Sequence record: LR756501.1
DNA: 64,000 nucleotides
Strand: one strand, 5' to 3'
Shown here one piece after another: positions 56,899 through 63,944 of the stretch (its first letter is position 1; every line of letters starts with the position of its first letter). Below the pieces are notes generated by a model, which saw only the letters and a program-made list of their open reading frames with translations, was not told the origin of the DNA and ran no database searches. The translations under genes were made by a program, and so were the position numbers.

Positions 56899-57270
56899 TT
56901 AAAGAACTTCTACTTCTGCACCTATTTCCTTTAAAGAAGCCTCAAGTGCTACTGCCTCTTCCTGACTTATATTCTCTTTCAATTTACTTGGAACATTATC
57001 AACTAATGTTTTTGCTTCCATTAATGTGTTTCCAATCATTTCCTTTACAGTTTTAACAAGTGTTAATTTACTTCCTGTACCAATTGATTTCAATACTACT
57101 GTAAAACTTGTCTTATCTGCGACTAAAGTAGGAATTGGTATTACATTTACTCCTAGAATCTTAGTCTTGGGTGATATACCATACTCTTCTTTCATTATCT
57201 TCGCCAATTGATAACATTCGAGTACAGTAAGATTACTTAATTTCTCGGCGAACTCTTTTATATTTTCCAT
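56899..57270 (-). CDS. rplL: Ribosomal protein bL12 (L7/L12)
   Basis: LTVLE..LAKIMKEEYGI; KTSFTVVL, KLTLVKTVK, LMEAKTLVD, LKEIGAEVEV. Confidence 0.93.
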   Translation of the reverse strand: MENIKEFAEKLSNLTVLECYQLAKIMKEEYGISPKTKILGVNVIPIPTLVADKTSFTVVLKSIGTGSKLTLVKTVKEMIGNTLMEAKTLVDNVPSKLKENISQEEAVALEASLKEIGAEVEVL

Positions 57271-57295
57271 TTCAATTTTTCTATTTTATTTTTAT

Positions 57296-57305
57296 TTCAA
57301 AGAAC
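57296..57305 (-). promoter_or_regulatory. boxA-like element just past the attenuator terminator
   Basis: GTTCTTTGAAAT. Confidence 0.7.
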
Positions 57306-57317
57306 CAAACCCCCTAA

Positions 57318-57352
57318 AAACACAAAACCCCATTCATTTCTGATTGGGGTTA
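57318..57352 (-). terminator. Attenuator terminator before rplL and the Ile/Tyr/Cys/Asp/Asn array
   Basis: aaccccaatca-GAAA-tgaatggggtt + U-rich tract. Confidence 0.85.
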
Positions 57353-57376
57353 GCCGTGTTCCGTAATAAACAAAGT

Positions 57377-57445
57377 TCATCCAATCAGCATTTTCAGCTT
57401 ATCATTAATACAATAATCATTATATTTGCGAACCATGTTTTTCAT
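57377..57445 (-). CDS. Leader peptide MKNMVRKYNDYCINDKLKMLIG
   Basis: 23-codon uORF ending CTG ATT GGA TGA; CTGATTGG (57381-57388) complementary to the terminator 5' arm. Confidence 0.85.
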   Translation of the reverse strand: MKNMVRKYNDYCINDKLKMLIG

Positions 57446-57549
57446 ATCTTTGTTTCCTTATATATTTTATAAAAATAGTCTGTTTTTTCCATTTTCAATT
57501 ACACCGCGAACTTAATGAAAGTTCGCGGTATAATCAAATTATTTCAACT

Positions 57550-57798
57550 TTATTTTCGACTTATATCTAACTTTAGTCGGATTAAGTCAGGAAAACACCT
57601 TACACATCCTACATTACCACAATGACCGTAATGATGATCTTCCAAAATTGTGCTTCTTTTCTTACGTTGGAATCTTTTAGATTTACCATTGATCCCTAAC
57701 CTCTTCAATTCAGCATATTTTGCTTTATTGGCGGCCTTACGATTACGTTTTTCCTGTAAACGTTTTTCCCTGTTATTTAACTTAGCTTTCTTACTCAT
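57550..57798 (-). CDS. Highly basic small protein with His/Cys motif
   Basis: Start 57798 gives MSKKAKL; HHYGHCGNVGCVRC. Confidence 0.65.
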   Translation of the reverse strand: MSKKAKLNNREKRLQEKRNRKAANKAKYAELKRLGINGKSKRFQRKKRSTILEDHHYGHCGNVGCVRCFPDLIRLKLDISRK

Positions 57799-57994
57799 AG
57801 TTTTATGTGTTATTTTGGTTAAACTAAACACTGGATTTTCCAGTGTGGACCCAAGGTAGCGAATCCTGTGTCCAAGTAGTCCGACCAAATCGCACTAAAA
57901 ACCACTAATAAAAAGAACAACTGTTATGTATTATATAATGAAATTATTAAAAGTTTTAATAATCTCAAAAAAATTTTGTTTCTGATTTAGATTA

Positions 57995-58002
57995 CAAAGA
58001 TA
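57995..58002 (-). promoter_or_regulatory. Bacteroidota-type -7 promoter element
   Basis: TATCTTTG with upstream AATTTTTTTA. Confidence 0.65.
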
Positions 58003-58026
58003 CGAAAAGTGTACGATATAAAAAAA

Positions 58027-58230
58027 TTATTCCAATATTCTTTTAATCTTTTTTAAATCTCTGTCTTCGAACACACTAGCAAAAGTTTTATTTGGCATTA
58101 CTCTAATCCAAATAAGTTTCAATCTTTTAAGTTCTTTAACTTTCTCGATGTCCTCTACAAAAATTACTTCACCACTAGGTATTCCTATTATAATATCTTT
58201 TTCTATTCTATCCTCTAAAGTTTTCACCAC
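58027..58230 (-). CDS. Small hypothetical protein
   Basis: 67-aa ORF. Confidence 0.6.
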   Translation of the reverse strand: MVKTLEDRIEKDIIIGIPSGEVIFVEDIEKVKELKRLKLIWIRVMPNKTFASVFEDRDLKKIKRILE

Positions 58231-58490
58231 GACTTAATTAAAGCGATTAATATGATCATTGCTAGTCCCATTATTGTTAACAATCCACCAATATAAAAAG
58301 CCATCGAAATCAAGTAAAATATACATTCAATATTCAAAGGCATTGTTGGTAGATTCGTTCCTAATCTATAGCTCCAAAAAGAAGTCATGATAAGATAACA
58401 AACGAAACTAATTGAAATCCATGAGATTCCCAATTTTAAGAAAAATTGTTTCCAAGTCATTTTCATCACTTTAAGTATTAACCTGCGCAA
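58224..58490 (-). CDS. Membrane protein
   Basis: Two transmembrane segments. Confidence 0.65.
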   Translation of the reverse strand: MRRLILKVMKMTWKQFFLKLGISWISISFVCYLIMTSFWSYRLGTNLPTMPLNIECIFYLISMAFYIGGLLTIMGLAMIILIALIKSW

Positions 58491-58738
58491 TATGAATCTA
58501 ATATAACTCCTCTTGGTTGATCAATATTTGCTACACCTATTTCAGTAACATCAATTTCAGATAGTTTATCAACCCAACCCCAATTCTTTCTTCCTGTTCC
58601 GTCCCATTCTATGAATTCACTTCCGTTGGGTTGAATTTTCTTAGCGTCCTCTGGGGATTCAGCTACCACAATAGCACCAATCCAAACGTCCCAGTCTGGA
58701 CCACTTTTTCTATTATCTTCTATTTTATAGATGTTCAT
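58478..58738 (-). CDS. Small phage protein
   Basis: WDVWIGAIVVAESPEDAK, a pattern common in phage ORFs. Confidence 0.7.
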   Translation of the reverse strand: MNIYKIEDNRKSGPDWDVWIGAIVVAESPEDAKKIQPNGSEFIEWDGTGRKNWGWVDKLSEIDVTEIGVANIDQPRGVILDSYCAG

Positions 58739-58997
58739 ATTTTGTCTAATATATTCTGGTAAAATTTAATCTTTGAATTTAAAGCGTCTCTTATTTCTTT
58801 TTTCAAGGATTCAACAGTTTTACCTTTAAGGTTGAATTCTTTTTTAATCTCCACTTTCCATCCAGTGAAATGTGCCATCAAGCACATTTTCAATATAGTT
58901 ATCTAACTCTGTTCGATCTTTAATATCTTGATCAATCTTAGCGATAGTTTCGTAATAGTCCATTTTGTAATTTTTAACAATTTAAAAAAAATAAGAA

Positions 58998-59178
58998 AGG
59001 AAACCCTGTCCAATTTTCCAGGGAACGGGTCGGGGACATGACCACCACTACACCATCTCTACAACAAACATCGACTACTGGAATAGTCTATAACAACCAG
59101 TCTATACTGCTATTAGTGTATTCCACCGGAGAGTCTTGCACCCTCAATTGTTACTGCTGTCTTCAAGCAGGGTTTCCT
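58998..59178 (-). ncRNA. Candidate ~180-nt structured ncRNA
   Basis: 11-bp closing helix aggaaaccctg/cagggtttcct; GCAA-capped hairpin; ggaata/tattcc. Confidence 0.5.
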
Positions 59179-59183
59179 GTACG

Positions 59184-59473
59184 TACCGAGGATGGGAATC
59201 GAACCCACACTCCCCAAAGGGGAACGGGATTTTCTTACTACTATAACTTTCGTTACCTTTTACAGTTTGTAGTCTGGACTTTACCTTTACCTTGTCATTT
59301 CTGATTTAGGTATGCTCCGTCAAGTCTCTACACCTTCTTCATTTCTGAAGCTTGGCTCGGTATTACCATTTTAAAGGTTTCACCGAATTTGAAGCATTCT
59401 ACATTTAGAGTTTCCTCCAAAGCACTCAAATTATCCATAAGTCCCGCGCGTCTACCAGTTCCGCCACCTCGGC
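59184..59473 (-). tRNA. tRNA-Leu(TAA) interrupted by a group I intron
   Basis: Exons 59439-59473 and 59184-59233 join to gggac-TTAAAA-tccc with a long variable arm. Confidence 0.9.
59234..59438 (-). ncRNA. Group I intron (trnL-UAA/IC3-like), 205 nt, no ORF
   Basis: Follows exon U, ends in G; P AAATTCGGTGAAA, Q AATACCGAGC, R GTAGAGACTTGACGG, S AAAGTCC. Confidence 0.88.
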
Positions 59474-59478
59474 ATTTT

Positions 59479-59501
59479 TTCAAAGAACTACGTCAAAATT
59501 A
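59479..59501 (-). promoter_or_regulatory. TAnnTTTG promoter plus boxA for the intron-containing tRNA
   Basis: TAATTTTG at 59494-59501; GTTCTTTGAA at 59479-59488. Confidence 0.65.
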
Positions 59502-59581
59502 CGACTTTTTTATATATTAAAAAAATTATTCAATATCTTTTTTCCTATTTTTATAAATATGTTTATTTAATCCTCTATAAG

Positions 59582-59608
59582 AAAAAACCCCGATTTCTCG
59601 GGGTCCTT
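59582..59608 (-). terminator. Terminator after csp
   Basis: acccc-ga..tc-ggggt hairpin with A tract on +. Confidence 0.75.
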
Positions 59609-59634
59609 TAGATAAATGTTTATGTTGATTACTA

Positions 59635-59829
59635 TTATATTAGCTTAACATCAATTGCATTTAATCCTTTTTTACCTTGAGTTAATTCAAACTCAACCTC
59701 GTCATTTTCTTGTATTCTGTCGACTAAACCTGTGGCGTGTACAAAATACTCTTTTCCTGTTTCATTTTCTAAAATAAAACCAAAACCTTTAGCTTCATTG
59801 AAGAACTTTACTTTTCCATTCATATTCAT
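59635..59829 (-). CDS. csp: Cold-shock protein
   Basis: GKVKFFNEAKGFGFI, YFVHATG. Confidence 0.95.
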   Translation of the reverse strand: MNMNGKVKFFNEAKGFGFILENETGKEYFVHATGLVDRIQENDEVEFELTQGKKGLNAIDVKLI

Positions 59830-59915
59830 TATTGTATTTATTTTTTTATCGCAGAACAACATGTCCTACGATATACATATTATATATAATAGGAAAAGTT
59901 TGATATTTATCCATT

Positions 59916-60626
59916 TTAATAATTGTAAGCCTGCTCACATTTCCTACATATTACATCACTATCACTAACTACACACTTTGATATAACATCTAACCTGTTC
60001 TTCATAAAAGAATCGTAATGTCCTTCATAAATATTTCCTATCCAATGTTTCAAAGACCAATCATTACAACATAAATATAAATCACCGCTAGGCAAAACAA
60101 CATTAGAAAAATATCTATTAGTCGTACATTTTATAGGTCCAAGTTTCTTTGCGACCTCCCAATTATTACCACTCCTAGACACAGGATTAGTAATCCTAGT
60201 TGTATTAAAAGATTTTGACTTTATACTATCGACGAATTTCTTTTTAACTGATTCAAATTTTTCCAAATTAAAACCGTTACCTTTATATTCGTGAAAATCA
60301 ACGTGTGAAAATACTATTCCAGATTTTGATAATTTCTCAATCTTTTCATCTGTTAAGCTTTCTAACGTTGTATAAAGAACAACTGAAAATCCTCTTCTAT
60401 ACGATTCAATCATCATATCCTCAGCTTCATCTGTTAGAAAAGCCTCTGAGAACCCAGAGAAATGTACTTGTGTTTTAGTAGGATTGATATGACTTAAAAT
60501 GATTCTAAAATCATCAAGAGTCATTACCTTTTTTGTATGTTTATAAGAATCCGATAAAGATTTCTGTGGGCAGTAAACACACATATTTTTACAACCTATT
60601 CTTGTAGTTATTTCAATCCAATTCAT
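59916..60626 (-). CDS. Radical SAM/SPASM protein
   Basis: CKNMCVYC; GDLYLCC..WIGNI; CRKC. Confidence 0.88.
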   Translation of the reverse strand: MNWIEITTRIGCKNMCVYCPQKSLSDSYKHTKKVMTLDDFRIILSHINPTKTQVHFSGFSEAFLTDEAEDMMIESYRRGFSVVLYTTLESLTDEKIEKLSKSGIVFSHVDFHEYKGNGFNLEKFESVKKKFVDSIKSKSFNTTRITNPVSRSGNNWEVAKKLGPIKCTTNRYFSNVVLPSGDLYLCCNDWSLKHWIGNIYEGHYDSFMKNRLDVISKCVVSDSDVICRKCEQAYNY

Positions 60627-60656
60627 TGATTATATATGAAAGAGTAACTTATAAGT

Positions 60657-60863
60657 TTATTTCTTCTTACTCTTTAACCAATCAATGAATTTGAAAATAT
60701 ATTCAACATCAAATTCTGCCCAATATATTATACCACCAAAGGCGAATAAAGCAACTAAGAAATCAGCAAAATGGAAAGGTAATGTATCTATACTCTGACC
60801 AATAGCCCAGAGAACAACCAATAGATAAAATATAACTAATAAAATTTTAACAAAAACTTTCAT
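60657..60863 (-). CDS. Small membrane protein
   Basis: Two transmembrane segments. Confidence 0.65.
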   Translation of the reverse strand: MKVFVKILLVIFYLLVVLWAIGQSIDTLPFHFADFLVALFAFGGIIYWAEFDVEYIFKFIDWLKSKKK

Positions 60864-60891
60864 AATTTATTTTTATCTCTATATATATTTT

Positions 60892-62418
60892 TTACATTCT
60901 GAATCCTGGTGCAATTGGTTCCATCGCGTCCATAATCGCATCATAACCATCCTTCCAGATGTTTATATCTGTTGTCTTCGATATAGCGTTATAAGTTTCC
61001 ATAGCAGTCGAAACTATCGTGTTAAACTTATAAGTCCTCTCATATACATCCTTTGTTCTCTGCTTCATCACTTCAATCCTATTCTTCGCCCAATCTTCGT
61101 TCTTCTTGTTCTCTACGTAAACCATTCCTTTGGTTCTTTCAAATCCGTTCTTAAATTTCTTAAAGAACCTGTTACAACCCGATATATTATCATCTATCCA
61201 CTCAAAATCTTGATCAGGAGGACCAGCAAACATTATATACATTCTTATCACATCACTTCCGTACTTCTCTACCATTTCATCTGGCGATACACCGTTACCA
61301 AAGTTCTTAGACATCTTCTTACCATCCTTCTTTACCATACCCTGTGTGATAACCTTACCAAATGGTTCAGTAGGAGCGTCCTCTGGAATATATCCCATCT
61401 TCTTAAACATTCTCCAAAAAAATCTAGCATATATCATATGACCAGTAGCGTGCTCAGCTCCACCAATATAATAATCAATTGGAAACCAATGTTTTATCTT
61501 ATCCCAATCAAATCTTTTTCCGTTAAAATCTGAAATATATCTGATGAAGTACCAGCTTGATTGAACGAATGTGTCCATAGTATCTGTTTCCTTTTCAGCT
61601 TCTCCACCACAAACTGGACATTCAATATGTTTCCAAGTTGGGTGATTTGATATAGGATTACCTTTGCCGTTAAATTCTACATCGTGAGGGGCAATAACTG
61701 GTATTTGTTCGTTTGGAACAGTACCACATTTTGGACAATTGATCATAGGTATTGGTGTTCCCCAAAATCTTTGTCTTGAGATGCACCAGTCCGTGAAGGG
61801 TCTAACTTCATCACCTTCTCTAATACCATTCTTAATAAATTGTTTCTGCTGTTTTGTAATAATTTCAGGCCAATCTTTCTCAATGTCTTTTATAGATTCA
61901 TACATTTCATCTGCAAACATAGTTGTTTTGAAATAATATTGAACCATCTCTTTCTTCTCAATCTTAGCTCCTGATCTCCACCCCTTTCCATCAATAACTT
62001 GATTCGACGCCATAACTGTTTGATCTACAGGGTCCCAATTTACAATACCAACTTTCTTTTCGATGAAACCAGCTTTCCAAGCGTCTATGAAAAATCTCTG
62101 CTCATGTTTCCAATAATCAACTTCACAAGTTGAAATTTCTTTATCCCAATCGAAAGACATATTCATTCTTTTCATTTGGTCTCGCATGTTATCAATATTG
62201 GCATCAGTCCATTCCATAGGATGAATGTTATTTTTGATAGCTGCGTTTTCTGCTGGCATACCAAAGGAATCCCAACCGATAGGGTGGCAAACTTCGTAAC
62301 CTTTATTTCTCCAGTACCTGGCTATTGCGTCAGATATTGTATAGTTTCTCATATGACCCATGTGGATATTACCGGATGGGTAGGGTATCATAGGAACAAC
62401 AAACATTTTTTTCTTCAT
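60892..62418 (-). CDS. leuS: Minimal leucyl-tRNA synthetase (no CP1 editing domain, no C-terminal domain)
   Basis: MIPYPSGNIHMGH, GWDSFGMPAENAA, DWCISRQRFWGTPIP, TDTMDTF, KMSKN; only 508 aa. Confidence 0.92.
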   Translation of the reverse strand: MKKKMFVVPMIPYPSGNIHMGHMRNYTISDAIARYWRNKGYEVCHPIGWDSFGMPAENAAIKNNIHPMEWTDANIDNMRDQMKRMNMSFDWDKEISTCEVDYWKHEQRFFIDAWKAGFIEKKVGIVNWDPVDQTVMASNQVIDGKGWRSGAKIEKKEMVQYYFKTTMFADEMYESIKDIEKDWPEIITKQQKQFIKNGIREGDEVRPFTDWCISRQRFWGTPIPMINCPKCGTVPNEQIPVIAPHDVEFNGKGNPISNHPTWKHIECPVCGGEAEKETDTMDTFVQSSWYFIRYISDFNGKRFDWDKIKHWFPIDYYIGGAEHATGHMIYARFFWRMFKKMGYIPEDAPTEPFGKVITQGMVKKDGKKMSKNFGNGVSPDEMVEKYGSDVIRMYIMFAGPPDQDFEWIDDNISGCNRFFKKFKNGFERTKGMVYVENKKNEDWAKNRIEVMKQRTKDVYERTYKFNTIVSTAMETYNAISKTTDINIWKDGYDAIMDAMEPIAPGFRM

Positions 62419-63185
62419 TTCTTTTCCTTTCTCGTGAAATGATCTATATTTATATTATATTTTTTTATAGAATAATAAACGTAATGTTTCACTTTACTAT
62501 TATAATTAACATTCAAATTATCAGCTATATCTCGATATGATTTTGATTTTTTAACAACAGTTTCTAAAAATTCTTTATCTAAACTTTTATCAAAATTTCC
62601 ATAATTTCTTTTATTTACATAATCTTTCCAGTTTTCATTTTCAAGAATATCCAATTTGTCTTCGTCATATCTAAAATAACAACTTCCCGCACTACCTTTT
62701 AAATCACAACTAAATTTTATTTGTTGTCTAAATATTCCAGTTTCTCTCTCGGCTCCTCTTATGCTAATGAATTTTTTTATTGGATTTAAATTTAAATCAT
62801 ACATTATTATTGATCTTTTTCTGGTGTTAGATATTTTCATCAATTTTTTACTCTCTTCGCTGTGTTTTTTACCCAACCAAGATACTCCGTCACCACCATC
62901 AGTTTGATTTTTTAACTTAAACCCCCAAACTTTAAATTGGCATATCCAATATTTTTCTAAGCTATTGATATTATTATCATCACCTATATCCAATATTTCT
63001 ATAATTGGAACCAATTTTTTATTTTTTAAATATTTTAACCATTTATTCTTTTTTGTCCAAGGTTCCAATTGAATATAATAATCAGAATAATGTCTTTTAA
63101 CTCTTTTTTCAATATTGTTAGTTTTCCCAATATATTTTATATCACCGTCTTCTGGATCTGTTAAAGTGTAAATGAATTGTTCCAT
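62415..63185 (-). CDS. GIY-YIG homing endonuclease with NUMOD3/NUMOD1-like modules
   Basis: FIYTL..KYIGKT; GKKHSEESK; KKFISIRGAERETG. Confidence 0.88.
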   Translation of the reverse strand: MEQFIYTLTDPEDGDIKYIGKTNNIEKRVKRHYSDYYIQLEPWTKKNKWLKYLKNKKLVPIIEILDIGDDNNINSLEKYWICQFKVWGFKLKNQTDGGDGVSWLGKKHSEESKKLMKISNTRKRSIIMYDLNLNPIKKFISIRGAERETGIFRQQIKFSCDLKGSAGSCYFRYDEDKLDILENENWKDYVNKRNYGNFDKSLDKEFLETVVKKSKSYRDIADNLNVNYNSKVKHYVYYSIKKYNINIDHFTRKEKK

Positions 63186-63240
63186 AATAAGTTTTTATCT
63201 TTATATATAAAAATTATATGGTCCCATTGTTTCATATTTG

Positions 63241-63314
63241 TGGCCCTACCCAGACTCGAACTGGGACATCAAGTTTCTAAGACTTGCGCGACTACGCTAT
63301 TACGCCATAGAGCC
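63241..63314 (-). tRNA. tRNA with TAG (Leu) anticodon, short variable loop
   Basis: caagt-CTTAGAA-acttg; 4-5-nt variable loop. Confidence 0.8.
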
Positions 63315-63319
63315 ATTTG

Positions 63320-63392
63320 TAACCCTGCACGGAGTCGAACCGAGATATTCTGGTTTTAAGCCAGACGCCACTACCAATTAGGCTACAGAGTC
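63320..63392 (-). tRNA. tRNA with TAA (Leu) anticodon, short variable loop
   Basis: tctgg-CTTAAAA-ccaga; 4-5-nt variable loop. Confidence 0.8.
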
Positions 63393-63402
63393 ATTTTTAT
63401 TG

Positions 63403-63486
63403 TACCGAGGATGGGAGTCGAACCCACACGTCCGTAAGGACACTGGTTTTTGAGACCAGCGCGTCTACCAGTTCCGCCACCTCGGC
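63403..63486 (-). tRNA. tRNA-Leu(CAA)
   Basis: ctggt-CTCAAAA-accag; long variable arm. Confidence 0.93.
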
Positions 63487-63489
63487 ATG

Positions 63490-63610
63490 TGATGAAGTAA
63501 TAGGATTCGAACCTATATGACTGATTTCTCAGCGGTTAGCCCTTGTACTTCGGTCTTTCCCATTTTCACCCTAAACGGGTGATACGTTTCCATTTTAGTC
63601 CTACTTCATC
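63490..63610 (-). ncRNA. tRNA-like element, up to 9-bp acceptor, expanded body
   Basis: gatgaagta/tacttcatc; atagg-TTCGAAT-cctat; tcaccc/gggtga; ctga-GAAA-tcag. Confidence 0.55.
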
Positions 63611-63612
63611 TG

Positions 63613-63696
63613 TGCGGTTAAGGGGACTCGAACCCCTACGTCCTTGCGGACACCAGCCCCTCAAGCTGGCGCGTCTACCAATTCCGCCATAACCGC
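63613..63696 (-). tRNA. tRNA-Leu(GAG)
   Basis: ccagc-TTGAGGG-gctgg. Confidence 0.93.
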
Positions 63697-63702
63697 GTTG
63701 TG

Positions 63703-63784
63703 TGCCCTTGACAGGACTCGAACCTGCACATCCGAAGACACTAGATCCTAAGTCTAGCGCGTCTACCAATTCCGCCACAAGGGC
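63703..63784 (-). tRNA. tRNA-Leu(TAG)
   Basis: ctaga-CTTAGGA-tctag. Confidence 0.93.
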
Positions 63785-63790
63785 ATAAAC

Positions 63791-63928
63791 AGATTGCCTT
63801 TTTAAAATAAGGTTGGATTCGAACCAACATTCTCCATCTTTGCTTTTTCTCTGCGTCCAATGGTGTGTTACCCTTACACTACTCTCCCAATTTTTGGCGG
63901 GAGCCGTTTTGTTTGCTGTAAGCAATCT
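63791..63928 (-). ncRNA. UUACAGCAA stem element enclosing a degenerate tRNA body
   Basis: agattgc/gcaatct stem; D arm gtgt/acac; T arm gttgg-TTCGAAT-ccaac. Confidence 0.55.
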
Positions 63929-63944
63929 TTATTATTTCAAAATG

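Noticed and set aside
2207-62418. Window as a bacterial chromosome (gltX, fusA, rplL, leuS, dnaJ)
   Set aside because: These genes lack their usual operon context (no rpsL/rpsG/tuf, no rplJ/rpoB). Dense tRNA arrays, homing endonucleases, portal- and capsid-like fragments and many short unknown ORFs fit a huge phage.
1153-62442. Antisense and nested ORFs in the track (e.g. 1153-1452, 3166-3414, 7688-8026, 24446-25237, 39549-40100, 44373-44738, 61210-61533)
   Set aside because: Shadows of well-supported genes on the other strand or frame, with Ser/Leu/Phe-rich composition.
63490-63610. tRNA-Sec
   Set aside because: The acceptor is long, but there is no TCA anticodon and no sel genes are visible.
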